A stretch of DNA of 64,000 nucleotides from the NCBI GenBank assembly GCA_965202585.1, contig OZ241830.1:67518001-67582000 (forward strand), written 5' to 3'. The notes under the pieces are model-generated. The model was given only the letters and a program-made list of their open reading frames with translations. It ran no database searches and was not told where the DNA came from. This document shows, in pieces, positions 48,601-62,789 of this stretch. Within the stretch, counting starts at the first letter, position 1; every line of letters starts with the position of its first letter. The stretch comes from Thalia democratica (Eukaryota). A program made the position numbers and the translations under genes.

Positions 48601-51600
48601 TACAGTATATTTCTTAGCTTTTCGTAAGTAGCGTACAAGATATTAAAGTTAAAGCTTTTTGATTTTTTGTCAAATTCAAATACTATTTCAATAGCAATAA
48701 TTAACCAGTAATTGTTTAATTGCACAATATTATTGTCCACCTTTATTCAGTTAAACTTGTCTCTATAATTCTTTATATTTATAATTTTTTTTTATTTCTT
48801 GATTTAATTGTACTTAAAAAAAAATTAGTTTAAAAGTGATTCCTGTACTATGTTTTACCCATGATTTTTTTTACCTTAACAAACTAAAGTTAGATCCAGT
48901 AATATGTTTTTAGTTAACACTTCGTTGTTGTTCTGTAAAATAATTCTAAAGTTTATTTAAAAACTACTCTACGGGTTCTCTTTAGTTAATGATGTTTATT
49001 TATAAGTCTAGCTTATTATCGTACTTTTTTATTTCGTTGTTTAGTTCTGCTTCTTGCCCAAGATTAAGTAAAGACTGAAAATAATTTATATACTTTTATT
49101 TAAAATGTTTTTTATATGTCTTGGAAATCTTATATGGTTGTTAAAGGTAGGATAAATATTGATTTATAAATGAATAAAACTCTTTGAATAAATTATACAT
49201 TTCACTTTTAATGACATCAAAATTTGTAATTTTCGTTAACATATTATTTATTATAGCCGTAAAACTTGTTAAACTTTTGTTTAACCTGAACTAAAAGCAT
49301 TTGTTTTTGAGATTTAATGCTGTTTCTTATTTAATTCTCTGACTATTGATAAGCATTCTTGTTTTACCAATTAACTAAATGTTCTTTATTTCTCGTTCTA
49401 AAATGAAGTTCTGGGCTAAGTTTAAACATTGTATCAACTAATGATTTGTTTTACCTTCCTCTCAACAAAGTTAAAATTTGATTCATTCTTATAGTTTAGA
49501 TAAGATTACTTTGTTTTCTTCTTATAGCTGTGAAATTGTTTAGAAAAATGTTTCTCTTGAAGTATAGGTTTGGTTCGTTGTTATAGTTTTAGTTTGTTGT
49601 TACGTAATTTAATTATACTTTTAGAAAAGTTAAGTAAAGACTAATGGTTTATTGTATCTAAACAACACTGAAATTTGATTCGTTTTTATATTTTGGGTTG
49701 TAGTTTCATTGTTTTGTTCTTATTACTGTGAAATTTTTTTGCATTGCAAACAGCGTGTTATACTATTAAATAAGGTTGTTGGATGGTTTCTTTTTAAATA
49801 AGAATAACAGTTTAAAGCTGCACAACTTTTTGCTAATTTTCTGATGTATCTAACTTATGTCTCAAAGTCGTACTATTTTTTTGTATACACATATTTTTTG
49901 TTGAGAAACAGAATATTTTTTTTTATCTTAACCACAAAATCGCAAAATATAACTAGTTTGAATTTTAGTTAATCATTTAATAACCTAAAGCTTTACAAAA
50001 TTTAATTGGTGTTGTTATATCATATTTTCTTACACCTGTATTTCTTACTTCATGTTTATAAGTATAGTTATAGGGTTTTTAACTGAGTTTTAACTTAGAT
50101 CTTAAAACTTGTTTAGTTATTTAAACACTTATTGTAATTTTCTTTGGAGTACCTTACTGTTTATTTGTTTGATGATTTCATATTTAGTATTTATTTGTAA
50201 ATGTGTCTGATATTCTTTAGTACGACGAATTATACTCCTATTATGATATTTTGAACTTTTTTAAGCCTGTAAAAGTGTTTAAGCCTTTTTTTCAGTTATG
50301 AGGCTTTTATAATATTAACTTTACTTTCTTCATCAAACTGAACATGTTATTTTATTATAGTTACTCATTTTTATGATACTGTTAATGGTTTACAGGTTAT
50401 AGGAATCTTAACTTAATTCCTCTAATGAGTTGTCATACTTAATTTATCAAGTTTGTTTTGCATTTTCTTAATTTTGCTTAAAAACTTAGTTTAACTTTTA
50501 TATTGAAGATAAATTGAATTTCTGAAATATTAGAGTATTTTTATTCGTTTAAATTTGTTTTCTTAACTGAGGTACTTTTCTAAATTTGCAGTTATCTTAT
50601 AAGTACTGAAACATAGTTTGTTAAACCTTATTTTTAATTAATGTGTATATGTCACGCCAAACTCCTGTAAGTAGAATATTAGAATAACCGTCGTTTTTAA
50701 AAAACATAACCTTATTGTATTGCTATTTTAAAATCTTAAACTTCAGCAAAGTTTAATAATGAAAAGTAGAGTTAATATTTTTTTTTTCTTAACATTTTGA
50801 TTTGTTCTTCTTAATAAATTGTTAAAATCTCTCGGTGTTCAGATTTCAATCCAGACTATAAAACTTAAAACATTAAAAAAAACGTAAGTGCACTAAATAA
50901 CAAAATTGTAAGACATCAACAGTGATGTACAGAAAATGTAGTACAAAAGTTTTCAATTTGTAATAAGAATTTTGTTTGGTTTCGGCATAAGCCCATCAAA
51001 TCACCTATTTTGTTAACTTTTTATCTGTTCAACTACAGTTAAGTTGTAGTTTAAATATAGTTTGAAGCTTTCTCTACCTTTTTTAGACTTTTTTCTGATT
51101 AAGTACTATGCATTTTTCAGCTTTAATTTTGTTTTTTACGTACTTTTCAAAGTTTTGTAGTCTGGCTTACTTTTATATGTTGTTAATTTTGTTCAGATTA
51201 ATTTTTTGTATCCTTAAAGTTAGGAAAAATAGCTTAAATCACATCATGTCACGCCAAGCAAACTCCTTGGCTTAAAATATAATTATATATAGTTTTTGAT
51301 TCTAACTGTTTCTTTATTGGTAAAAATATTATTTCAAAGTTTAGTTTTATTTTTACTCGAGTTTCTAGAAGCTAACGCCGTTTTTAACAGTGAAATCCCT
51401 TACTTTATTGCTGATTTAAAAACTAAAACTCTCTTGTTCAAAAGTGAATGGTAGAGTTGCTATTTTTTTATGATATTTTAATTAACTGTTCAGATATTTG
51501 TCTATAATGTAAAATTACTAAACAAAATATTTGAAATAAGTTACGTTTGTTCAAAAAAAAACACTAAAAACCCAAGTTGTATAACAACAACAGTAATATA

Positions 51601-54600
51601 CAGAAAAAGTAATACCAAAGTTTATTCCCATGTACTTTTAAGTTTTTCTAATTTGTAATAAGAATTATGTTTGGTGTCGCCATAAGCCTATAAACTCCTT
51701 TTGTTTATGTAGTTTTCTTATTTAAGTTTACCTTAAAACATAGTTAGCTTTCTTTGCCTGCTTTTTTGGTTGATTTTTCTATTTTCACCACTAATTTCCT
51801 TTTCTTACTTGCGTGAACGTACTTTTGATAGTTTTGTTTTCTGGGTTGCTTTATTGTGTTGCCATACTATGTTGATTTTGTTTCACACAATAAATTTGTT
51901 GGTCATGTATTTTTATTTTGATACATAAATGACATATTTATTTCTTAAAACAATAATTTTTATTTGTGCAGTTACAAGTTTTGTTCTTACCTTTGTTTTA
52001 TTTTTGTTTGCATTCAACATTATTTTTATATCTTTCTCAGGTTCTATTGTATGTTTTTGAAAACTTTATTTCTTGTATTAACCATATCTCATTTGTTGTC
52101 GAATATACGTTGTAAATTAAGCTTGAGTTATTTTTTTGTACATCTTAAAGCCATTTTATAATCTTTTTTGTACTTTTTGATTTTAGATACTCTTAAGCTT
52201 TAATTTGACAACTTCTGAGATTTTTATGTTTTCAATCTCGTTAAATATTGAAATCATATCTGTGATAAATCAGTAATTAGTTTGTTGTGCTTTCTAAAGA
52301 TTTTTGTTCTTAAATTAATTTAAACTATAAGTTTTTAAAACACTTAATTACTGCCATCATATAATGAGCAAGTATTTAAAATACAAAGTTTCATATTCAA
52401 ACTGTGGTTTCTAGTATTATAAACTGGATATTTATTACAAATTATGTATATTTGTAGTAAATAATCCTGATATTATACTCCAAATCAAGTTCAACAATAC
52501 TATGGAACTAATTCAGAGTGACATTGTTGTTTTACGTTGTTGCTAAAGGTTTCTTGAATTAATCTTATTTGTACGTTGTATCGTCGCCTGTTAGAATTCC
52601 ATGTCTAAAACAATTTTTATTTTGTGTAATTTGCATTAGTTTTTTGCCTAAAATATAACAAGTTTAAATACACTATTTTAGGGTTTTTGTAGCCGTTTAG
52701 ATTTCACTTTACTTTGCTTTTGCTAAAAAGTTTAATTGAATTACTATAATCAGCTGAGTAACTTTTTTTTTGTATATATGCTAACTGTCACTTTTTTACA
52801 TCTTTCAAAAATACGTAGAATATTTAATAATTCTTTGATTACTGATTGAGGTTTATATTCAACACGCTCGATATAGTTTTTACAATGTGTTGTGGATATT
52901 AGTAACAATTGCCAATGGACCATAACTTTTTATCTTAACTAATGTTTAAAAACTTGGTCTTAGTTTTATTTTCACTGCTTATAAAATGATTATTTTATCA
53001 TTAAAATTAATCTTAGATCTTTATTTGAATTCATTTTATGTACCACGTTCTTATGCAATTTTTTTAACAAATCCAAAAAAGAGAATTTCTTGTAAACTGT
53101 GTCCAGTATACAAAATTAGGAAAATATAGAATACTAAGTAGAGTGACGTAATAATTAGAAATGACATCATGATTGATAGTATACTAGTTTTAATAGTATC
53201 TAGCTTGTATTAATACTAAAAAAACTTATAAGTTTTCCAACATTTGGAGAAATACTTGACATATGTATAGCCTGACAACTGTGCTACATTTTACTAAATA
53301 CGACAGTTAATAAAAACCTCATTTAGATAAAACAAGTACTGTTAAGTAAGGTTGCCATATTTTTAAAAATTGATTTTGTACTAATTTCGAATACGTTTGG
53401 TTTTAGATGATTGAATTCTGGCAACTACGCTTTAAAGCTTCAACTTGAAAGTTTTGGTTTGTTGCCTATGTTGCCTAAAAATAATAGTCGAGTTGAATAT
53501 CTATTTATTTTTGTCAAGATAGTTAAAAGTTACTTTTTTTGTTGAAACCTTTTTTCGTTTAAACCTTTAGCAAAATTATACTTATTTCCGATAGGGAGAG
53601 CTAGTTCTTACGAATTTTAGAACATTGTGAAACAATGTGAACAGTCTAACAGCCATTCAGTTTTTAATAACTGCAATTGTACTACACCTGATGAGTTTGT
53701 AATTCAACAGCTTCTGTTTTTATTGATTATGTTAACCTAATATACTCCTATTAGTTTTATAAGGTTAAGAGTCACTTATAAGTTTTAAACGATAGTTTTT
53801 ATGAGTAACTAACTAGTACATTTTATATTCAAGCTAACTATAACTTTAGCTGTTAAACTATGAATTATAGTTAAAAATATTATTATATCAATAGCTGACT
53901 TATACTAACAGTTTTTAAATGATTAAAATATACTTTAAGAGGCTGACCCTGTTTTCCATTTGTTTTAATTCTTATTTTAAATCAGTATTTAGTTTATATT
54001 TGTTCATAATTAAAGTTTTCAATATTATAAGTGTTCAAGTCCGCACACCGGCACGATTTTTGGTAGAGATTAACTGTTTTTTTAAATTGATATTCTGTGA
54101 GCTATTATAAAAATAAGATAATAAACAATAAAACAACTTTGTTACTATGATAAAGATCATGTAAAGATTGAAATATTGTAAACAATATTGTAGTTTAACA
54201 AATGTTATCAAATTCAACTCGTGATCTCGGAGTATATTCAGTATATTGATTTGCTTTTTTCTTTTGGGCTTATGTATCAACTGAGCTTGATGTACTCCAG
54301 GCTACTTAGGTCTCTAGCTTTATTTGAAACCACCTCTGAAAGAGATTCGGCAGTTTCGACAGGAGCCAGACTCGCAATAGCTTCGGGCCCATCTTTATCT
54401 TTAGTTGCTACCTCTGTCTGCGACCGAGTGCGAGAGGGTTTAAGAGCTAATAGCCTCTTCATTTTACTTATAAGATTAGTTTAAATATAGACTAACAAGT
54501 ATCTATATGCTTTATTATACAACAAAATAAAAGGCACATTAAGAAGTGTTTACTACTTTCTAAGGCTTCTTGCAGTTCGCGATTCTAGTTGTGCTGTAAC

Positions 54601-57004
54601 AAATGGTTGCTCGTACAGTTTACTGGTTCAGAACGTAGGGACTTATACTTCCTCGTTGACACCGGCTGAAGAGCGCGCGAGATGAAAAGATACAATATTG
54701 AAATTAAGAAGAGAAAGATAGATGCAATAAGTTTATGCCACCGAATGTGTGGGCTTATACGTAGAGTTCAATGTTCAAATTGACCCAAACTGGAATTTGT
54801 TGCTGGAGGACAGTTTGTCTGCTACAGTATGAGTAAACTTATGAGTATGGCACGTTAACAACTCAAATCGACGTTGCTAAAGTAGGAATACAAAATGTGT
54901 ATAGAACAAGGTATAAAAACTACGAAGTTATGAAGTAAAGTACAAAGTAAATGTTTTAAAAAATAAAATACTTGAATAAGAAGGTTTTGGCGGAGATCAT
55001 CTAGATTTTCCAAGATGGCAGCTTATGCTCAAAGCGTCAAGAGAGGTTTTGACGAGGATCAGCTAGATTTCCAAAATGGCGGCTTACGCTCAAAGCGCTA
55101 AGTGACGTGAAGCTGCTTTCTTCTTGACATGAAGTCGGTAAAACTTGCTATTTCATTCGCTCGGCTGCTTATGTACACCTCGATTAAATAACTGATTCCT
55201 CATGATCAAGTTCCACATGATAAATATACTAATCATTATGAATATAAAGTTTAATTTACCTCAAGTTAAACAATTTACGAAATACCCCATAATCAAGTAT
55301 CACAAAATATACTTGAAATTTAAATTAAATTACAAACGAGATTCATTCAAATTGCACCAGGCATTATTTTTTTGATAACAGTATACTAATCATTATGAAT
55401 ATAATGTTTAATTTAGACCTTAAGTTAAACGAATTACGAGAAGCTCAACAATCAAGTATCACAAAGTATAACTAAAATTCAAATTAAATTACAAACGAGA
55501 TTCATTCAAATTGCTATGAGCACATTTTTATAATAACGTAAATCACGTGAAAGTATTGTGTTAGACAAACAATAGTTTTTTTGTAAGTATATTTGAAATG
55601 AAAAGTACAATAACCATTTATAATATAGTTATTTTTAAATTAACTTACTTTAAATTAAAGTTTTTTGTTAACGTATTATTGAAGATTTATGTTTGAATAA
55701 GATTTATTATTTAAGCGCTGACGAGGTTTTTGACCAAAACATAGTTTGCATGATATAATCTTGAAAGAACAAATACATTATTTCTCTTCTAGTAGTTAAG
55801 ATCTCTTTATTTGTTTTATAAAAATCGAAGCATATAATATTATATTAACATTATATACTAGCGTTGAGGATCAATTTAAAATTGATGTGTAATTCAGCAA
55901 TTATTAAGCTGTTCTGTGAGCGGGAGGTTGTGAGATAGAGTCCACTATTCACAGTTTGACCCTTCGTGCAATTTAGACCCGTTCCCAAAATAACTACGTA
56001 CAACTTGGCTTAAATGTAACTAAAAACATTGAAAATAGAAATCAATAGTGTTATTGGTAAATCTTCAGACACTTTCTCTCGTTTAACTGCACTAGTTTAA
56101 AACATACCAGTTAGCTATAAATCTTTTGCACAGCAGTTTTGTTAAAATGTTCGAAATTCATATAAAACGAACTTAAACTGTCAAAGTAATGGTTTATAAG
56201 GTCGATCAAAACATTAAAATCAAATTTGATATTTTTTAGGTAATAAAATTTTTTAGAGACATATAAAACACTCGTAAAACTTTTGTAAAACATATATTTA
56301 TTACTTTGAAAATAATTTTAAGCACACGTTTATTATTATATTTTTTTGATAAAAATTTACTAACCATTATAAATATAAAGTTTAATTTACCTCAAGTTAA
56401 ACAATTTACAAGATACCCCATTATCAAGTATCACAAATAAACTTGAAATTTAAATTAAATTACAAACGAGATTCATTAAAATTACTTTAAGCAAATTTTT
56501 TTTAATAAAAATATACTAATAAAAATATACTAATAATTACAAATATAAAGTTTTATTTAGACCTCAAGTTAATTCAATTACGAGAAGCTGAAACAATCAA
56601 GCATCACAAAAAAAACTTGAAGTTTAAATTAGATTACAAACGAGATTCATTCAAATTGTTTTAAGCACAATTTCTTGATAGAAATATACTAATCATTATA
56701 AGTATAAAGTTCAATTTAGATCTCAAGTTAAACGAATTACGAGAAGCTCGACAATCAAGCATCACAAAAAAAAACTTGAAATTTCAATTAAATTACAAAC
56801 AAGATTGATTCAAATTGCTTTGAACACATTTTTATAATAACGTAAAAGTGTTGTGTTAGACAAACAATTGTTTTTTTGTAAGTATATTTGAAATGAAAAG
56901 TACAATAACCATTTATAATATAGTTATTTTTAAATTAATTTACTCTAAATAAAGTTTTTTTTTAACGTATGATTGAATTATTATGTTTGAATAAGATTTA
57001 TTAT

Positions 57005-57047
57005 TTAAGCGCTGACGAGGTTTTTGACCGAAACATAGTTTGCATAA
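57005..57047 (+). ncRNA. Minimal hammerhead ribozyme (copy B)
   Basis: Same sequence as 23426-23468. Confidence 0.7.
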
Positions 57048-59297
57048 TATAATCTTGAAAGAACAAATACATTATTTCTCTTCTAATAATTAAGATCTCT
57101 TTATTTGTTTTGTAAAAATTGAAGCATGTAATGTTATATTAACATTATATACTAGCGTTGAGGATCGATTTAAAATCGATGTGTAATTCAGCAATTATTA
57201 AGCTGTTCTGTAAGCGGGAGGTTGTGAGATCGAGTCCACTAGTCACAGTTTGACCCTTCGTGCAATTTAGACCCGTTTCCAAAATAACTACGTACAACTT
57301 GGCTCAAATGTAGCTAAAAACATTGTAAACAGAAATCAATAGTGTTATTGGTAAATCTTCAGGCACTTTCTCTCGTTTAACTGCACTAGTTTAAAACATA
57401 CCAGTTGGCTATAAATCTTTTGCACTAACTTAGTTTTGTTAAAATGTTCGAAATAGAGATGAAACGAATTTAAACTGTCGAAGTAATGGTTTTTAAGGTG
57501 GATGAAAACATTAAAATTAAATGTTTTGTTAAGTAAAAAGTTTTTTTAGAGACATATCAAACTTTCGTAAAATTTTTGTAAAACATATGTTTAAAACTTT
57601 AAAAATAATTTTGAGCACACGTTTTAATGTAATCATTTCGGTCTAAAATTTTAACTGTTTAAAGTAGTTATTAAAAGGTTTATTACAGTATATAAGGGTT
57701 TAATTATAAGTTTTCAATAATACTATATAGTAGAATAGTTTTCGAAAAAGTTTCATCTATAATGTATCTCATTAAAGTTGTCTGGAATAATATTAACTGT
57801 AATTTTAACGACAAGATGTGTTTAACTGTCAACTTACAACTAAGAAAAAATCTCGAGAATAAATTAATAACCTATTACAAACCGTCTATTTTATAAGCTA
57901 AAACTCGTTACTCAAACATTTTATTGCTAAAAGCTACCAAATTAAGTTTTAATTTGACCAATCAACTAACTAAAGTATTTGGTTATAGAATACAGACAAA
58001 TAAGTGTTACGTTTAAGTACCTCTCTATGTCATAAGTGTAATATTTTAGTTTAATACCAATAGCTAATTCTACAAATTATTTCACAAGTGCAAATATCTA
58101 AAGTTTTAGAGATACAAAATATTTATTAGTTACGATTTAATTTTTGTACTTATTTAAAAAAAGTTTATTAGTTACTACTCTTGTATAGCAGAAAAAATGT
58201 ACTTTGCACAAATAATTTAGTTTTACAAACTTTTAGCTTAATTTTTTTTTTCTCTTCTTAAAATTATTTAAAAACGTTTTGAAATTAGTTTTAAGTTTAA
58301 CATTTAAAAAAAATAATTTTAAGCTAATAAACTATGGATCCGCTTGCGATTTGGAACTTTTTTTTTTAACCGATAACCTTTAGTTATCTCTTTGCTGCAT
58401 TTTTAATTTTTATCAAACTCACATCTAACTAGTTTTTTGGTAAGCACTAAATACATCAGAAGATTTCTTTTATTTATTTTTCAGCTATAAAATACTAAGC
58501 CAATAATAAAAAGCTTTGTTTTTAATCAAATGTTTATATTGTTAATAACTTTTCAGATCAACACATATTTTTTATATGCTCATCCATGTTAATACCATGG
58601 AAAACCGTTCACAAAACACTAAACTGTCTTCCGTATTTTTATTTAGAAATATACTGTTTTCTTTCAAAGTCAAAATGAAAATTGTAATTTTAAAATTGAT
58701 TTATCTGAAGATTAAAATAGTCTTTTAGTTTTACAGAAAAAAGGAAATTATCTGAAAACGTTTTGTAACTAAACTGCTGCCAATAATAATTAGTAGTATA
58801 TTTACTATTTGCATATTTAAAAAATGACAGTTAGAAAAACATTCAAAAAATTAAATAAAAAACTTTTAGTGAAAGGCGGCTGTAGTTTTTGAGTTTAAGA
58901 CATAACAGGTAAAACTAGTATCAGATTGAAATTTTTACTATTCTTAATTTAATATGCATCTTTTTTACTCTTTATTTTCGTAATCGTCTTTTTTTTTCGA
59001 CTGACTAACTACGGACGATTCATACCAAAATATTTTTATCATATTCGTTTAGATCAGAGTAGTACAAAGCTGTATGCAATAAAGAAGTTTAATATGACTA
59101 ACAAATTAATTTTGCATAAAAACATGATAAATTATAAGATACATTTTGTAGTAGAAATCAGTTTAGAACATTTATAAATTGAATCATTCTAGTTCTAGAA
59201 TTGAAGTTAACTTAAAGATCGAAAACAAGTTCAAACTCACTTAAAAGTTAAGGTTATTTAAGTTAAGGAAATTAAAGTTAAGGTTTGAGAATAAAAG

Positions 59298-60356
59298 GTG
59301 TTAACTAATACTTTTAAAACATTTTTAGGTCGGAAAAAATCTAAAGAAGCAGTGTTTGTAACGGCTTTTAAACTAAATAAACTTTTTCTACTAACAAACG
59401 TACCAAAACTAAGCAGAAAAATCGAAGATAATTTAACTGTTCAAAACGTATCCACATACTGCCAGATGTCATACATTTACAATCTAAACGTTCTATTTAA
59501 AAAAACGTTCAGCTTCATTGAACGTTGTTTTGTAGTGGTTGCTGAAACTAAAAACTTTTTAGAAATAGAAGACATTTTGATTGCAAGAATAATGGGTAGT
59601 TCTGGATTAAAAATTACTTCAGAATTAGAAGTTTTCAATGCTATAGATAGCTGGACTAGCTACAATACACAAAAAAGGAGCAAGCATGCAAAACATCTTT
59701 TTTTAAAGGTTCGGTTTCATCTTTTGCCCGATCGCACGTTGAAACACGTTATTGATAAATCTTCATACTTTTCTAAAACTAAAGAACATGGTGCACTGTT
59801 CAATGCAGTTATGGGTAACAAAGAGAATTTTCCAAAAAAGTTGCTAAACAACTGCTACACCCATAGATATTGCGACCAACATGATTTTGATATAGTTATT
59901 TGTGGTGTTTTGGATGAAATATTAAAAAACTCAAACAAAGTGTTTCACAAAACAATAGAAAATGTGAAATTTATTACTCCAAAGAAACAAAAAGCAAATT
60001 TTAACCGAGTGGTTTGTTTGAAAGGAGAAATTTATGCAATAGCAGCAGGTAACTACATGTTTAAGGAAGACAAAACTACCATTGAAAAATACATTGCAAA
60101 AACGAATACTTGGGAGAAAGTTTCACAAATAGACGACAACGGAGGACGAAGTTCATTTTGCTGCTGCGCTTTCATGAACGAAATATATTTACTAGGCGGC
60201 CGTTACCGATGGTACGTGACCGACTCCTGCTTGAAGTTTGATGCAACAAGCCGCGCTTGGAAGGGAGTCACGGAGATGAGCGAAGCGCGCCAGCATGCGG
60301 CGTGCGCCGTTTTCCAAGGAAGAATCGTAGTTTGCGGCGGGGAAGATGTTTTGTAG
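59298..60356 (+). pseudogene. Truncated BACK-Kelch copy (repeat copy B)
   Basis: Same translation as 25719-26777. Confidence 0.85.
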
Positions 60357-62789
60357 TTTAACGAATTAAACTCGTGATTTCAGAGTATATCAAGTATATT
60401 TACTTGCCTATTTTCTTTAGGAATTTGTCTTAGTTGAGCTTTGAGCTGGCTTATACGAATGATTATAATTAAAACAAAATATTATTATCAAACTATAAAA
60501 CTTCATCTAATAACAATCAAACGACGGTCTAAATCAATATTTATTTTACCTAAAAATAAAATCTATAGCTTAAGGTAGTACTGAAAAAGTAAGTTTTAAT
60601 TTTTAAAAGTGAAAATCATGCATATTAATACTAAGATACTTTATAAAAAATACAAAAATATCACATAGATAACCTTCTTTATTTTATAATATTGTATACT
60701 TATTTGTCTATTAGATTAATGGTTAAAATATCCCAGCGCATGTGTCTCTTTAGTTTTTAATAAAAAACTCTGTTACAAATTTGTTTTTACTTTCAATGTT
60801 AATTTGAACCTTAAACCAACATAATAGCGTGAACAAATCTCTAAAGTTACATCTCTAACACTGAAATTATAGTATAAATAATACTTTACAAACAGAAAGT
60901 CCTCCGATTAAATGAACACGCTTCGTTCTGACCCAAGCACAGTTTCCAACTTTATACTCCTTTCTCATAAGAATATATATTTCAAATCAAGTTAACTGAC
61001 AAGCAGCGATGGCCGAGTGGTAGAACTTAACAATAGAACTTAACAATATAATAATACTTAACAATAGAAGCAATACTAATGCTCCGTTCAGACATAAATT
61101 CCACTCAACTGAACTAATGAATTAATTCAGTTATAAGAACAAATTTATAAACTAAAAACAAACCAACTAGCATGTCATATCGGCACGCGTTTGTATTAAA
61201 TGGTTTACACAATTTTTTATTCATGGTTGCTAATTCAAAATACTTATTCATCAAAGTGATTTAAATATTTAACAGAGGGTTACTGTAGGCTAGCAAGCTT
61301 ATACCTTTTTTTCAATGGAAAAAAATAAGATGTTGTTAACCAATTATTTGCTTGTAATTCTAGTTTTAATGAGTTTTATTTTTAATTAAATATTCATAGA
61401 ATAGAATTAAAGGAATAATAAATATGGAACAATATAACATATACTTATGTTTCATAATAAATACTCACTTTACTTACCAGTTGAATTTTTTACCTTGATA
61501 GTGTTTATAACTGAACATATTTTTTGTAATGTGCAGGACGTAAGTTTAATGTGTGTGTATTAAACACTAAAAACCTTAAATAAAGTTCAATTTGATTTAT
61601 TTTTTATTTCAAACAAAATACTCAACGCCAGCTTTAATTTTTAGGTATAAATCATAAATTATTTTTTTTACACTGACTTATTTTCTTAAATCATAAACAG
61701 AATATTAAAACTTCCATGTTCATTCGTATTATCTTGATTATGGTTATTTTCAACGATACAGATTTATTTTTACTATTTATGATTTCTCCTTTGATGTGCT
61801 ACTTGTCATTGTATTATCAAAGTAAAGTCTTTCAATAAATAAATTTAGTTTAAAATTTAAAATATAATTTAACTTATAAAGTAGAACTAAAACAGTTTAG
61901 AAAAACCAACTATTGGCTTAACTACACTGAAAGTGGACTAAAAGCTAAAAAATAATATTTTTTTATATATTCTTTGGAAAATTATTTCAAAAAAAATTAT
62001 TTAAGTATATATTGCGTTGTTTTGTTCTTTTTGAATGTCATATATATTTCTGCCGTTGAAGTTTAAGCATATTACAGCCTAAAATATTTGACATAATTCA
62101 GTAAGATGTGTGTATTTAATTGGTTTTTAAACTAAAATTGATGTCAATCTTTTAACTTAATATTACTTTCTTACTAGTTAGTCATGAAGTTACTCTAAAA
62201 CTACAGTTGAAACTGTATTAAGATTTTGCATAAAACTTACCTTTTTAATTTAAATTTTATGTTTTAAATTCCATATTTAAATAAAATAATTTTATTACAC
62301 TCAAAAAAAAAACACATTTATAACTCGATCCATAAAACAAGTAAAAAATGTTATGACAAATTTATTTTTACTGTTAAAGTTATTATGGATACATAGATCA
62401 GATGTTTATTTTTATTTTAATGTTAAAAAAATAAATAATTTTTTTTAGGCAGGTTTAACTTAAAATGAGTTTTAAATTATCAAAAAATCGTAGAAAAAGC
62501 TTTAGTTTAGTTAAAGCATGCAAAAACAATGCTCGAAAGATAAATGAAAACAAAAATAAGATAAAAGTTTTTGAAACAGGTTTAATTTTTTGTTTTAAAA
62601 TATGTATTTCGGAAGTATTTATTTATAAACCTTATGATTATTTTGTCAACTTCAGATTTGCTATTAAACCAAGTTACCTCAGGATTTTTAGAAAAAACAC
62701 AATTTATTTAAACGCTTTAAATATATTTTTTAATTGCTTCATAAATAACAAGTATATAGGAAATTTAAGTTAAGGTTTGAAAATAAAAG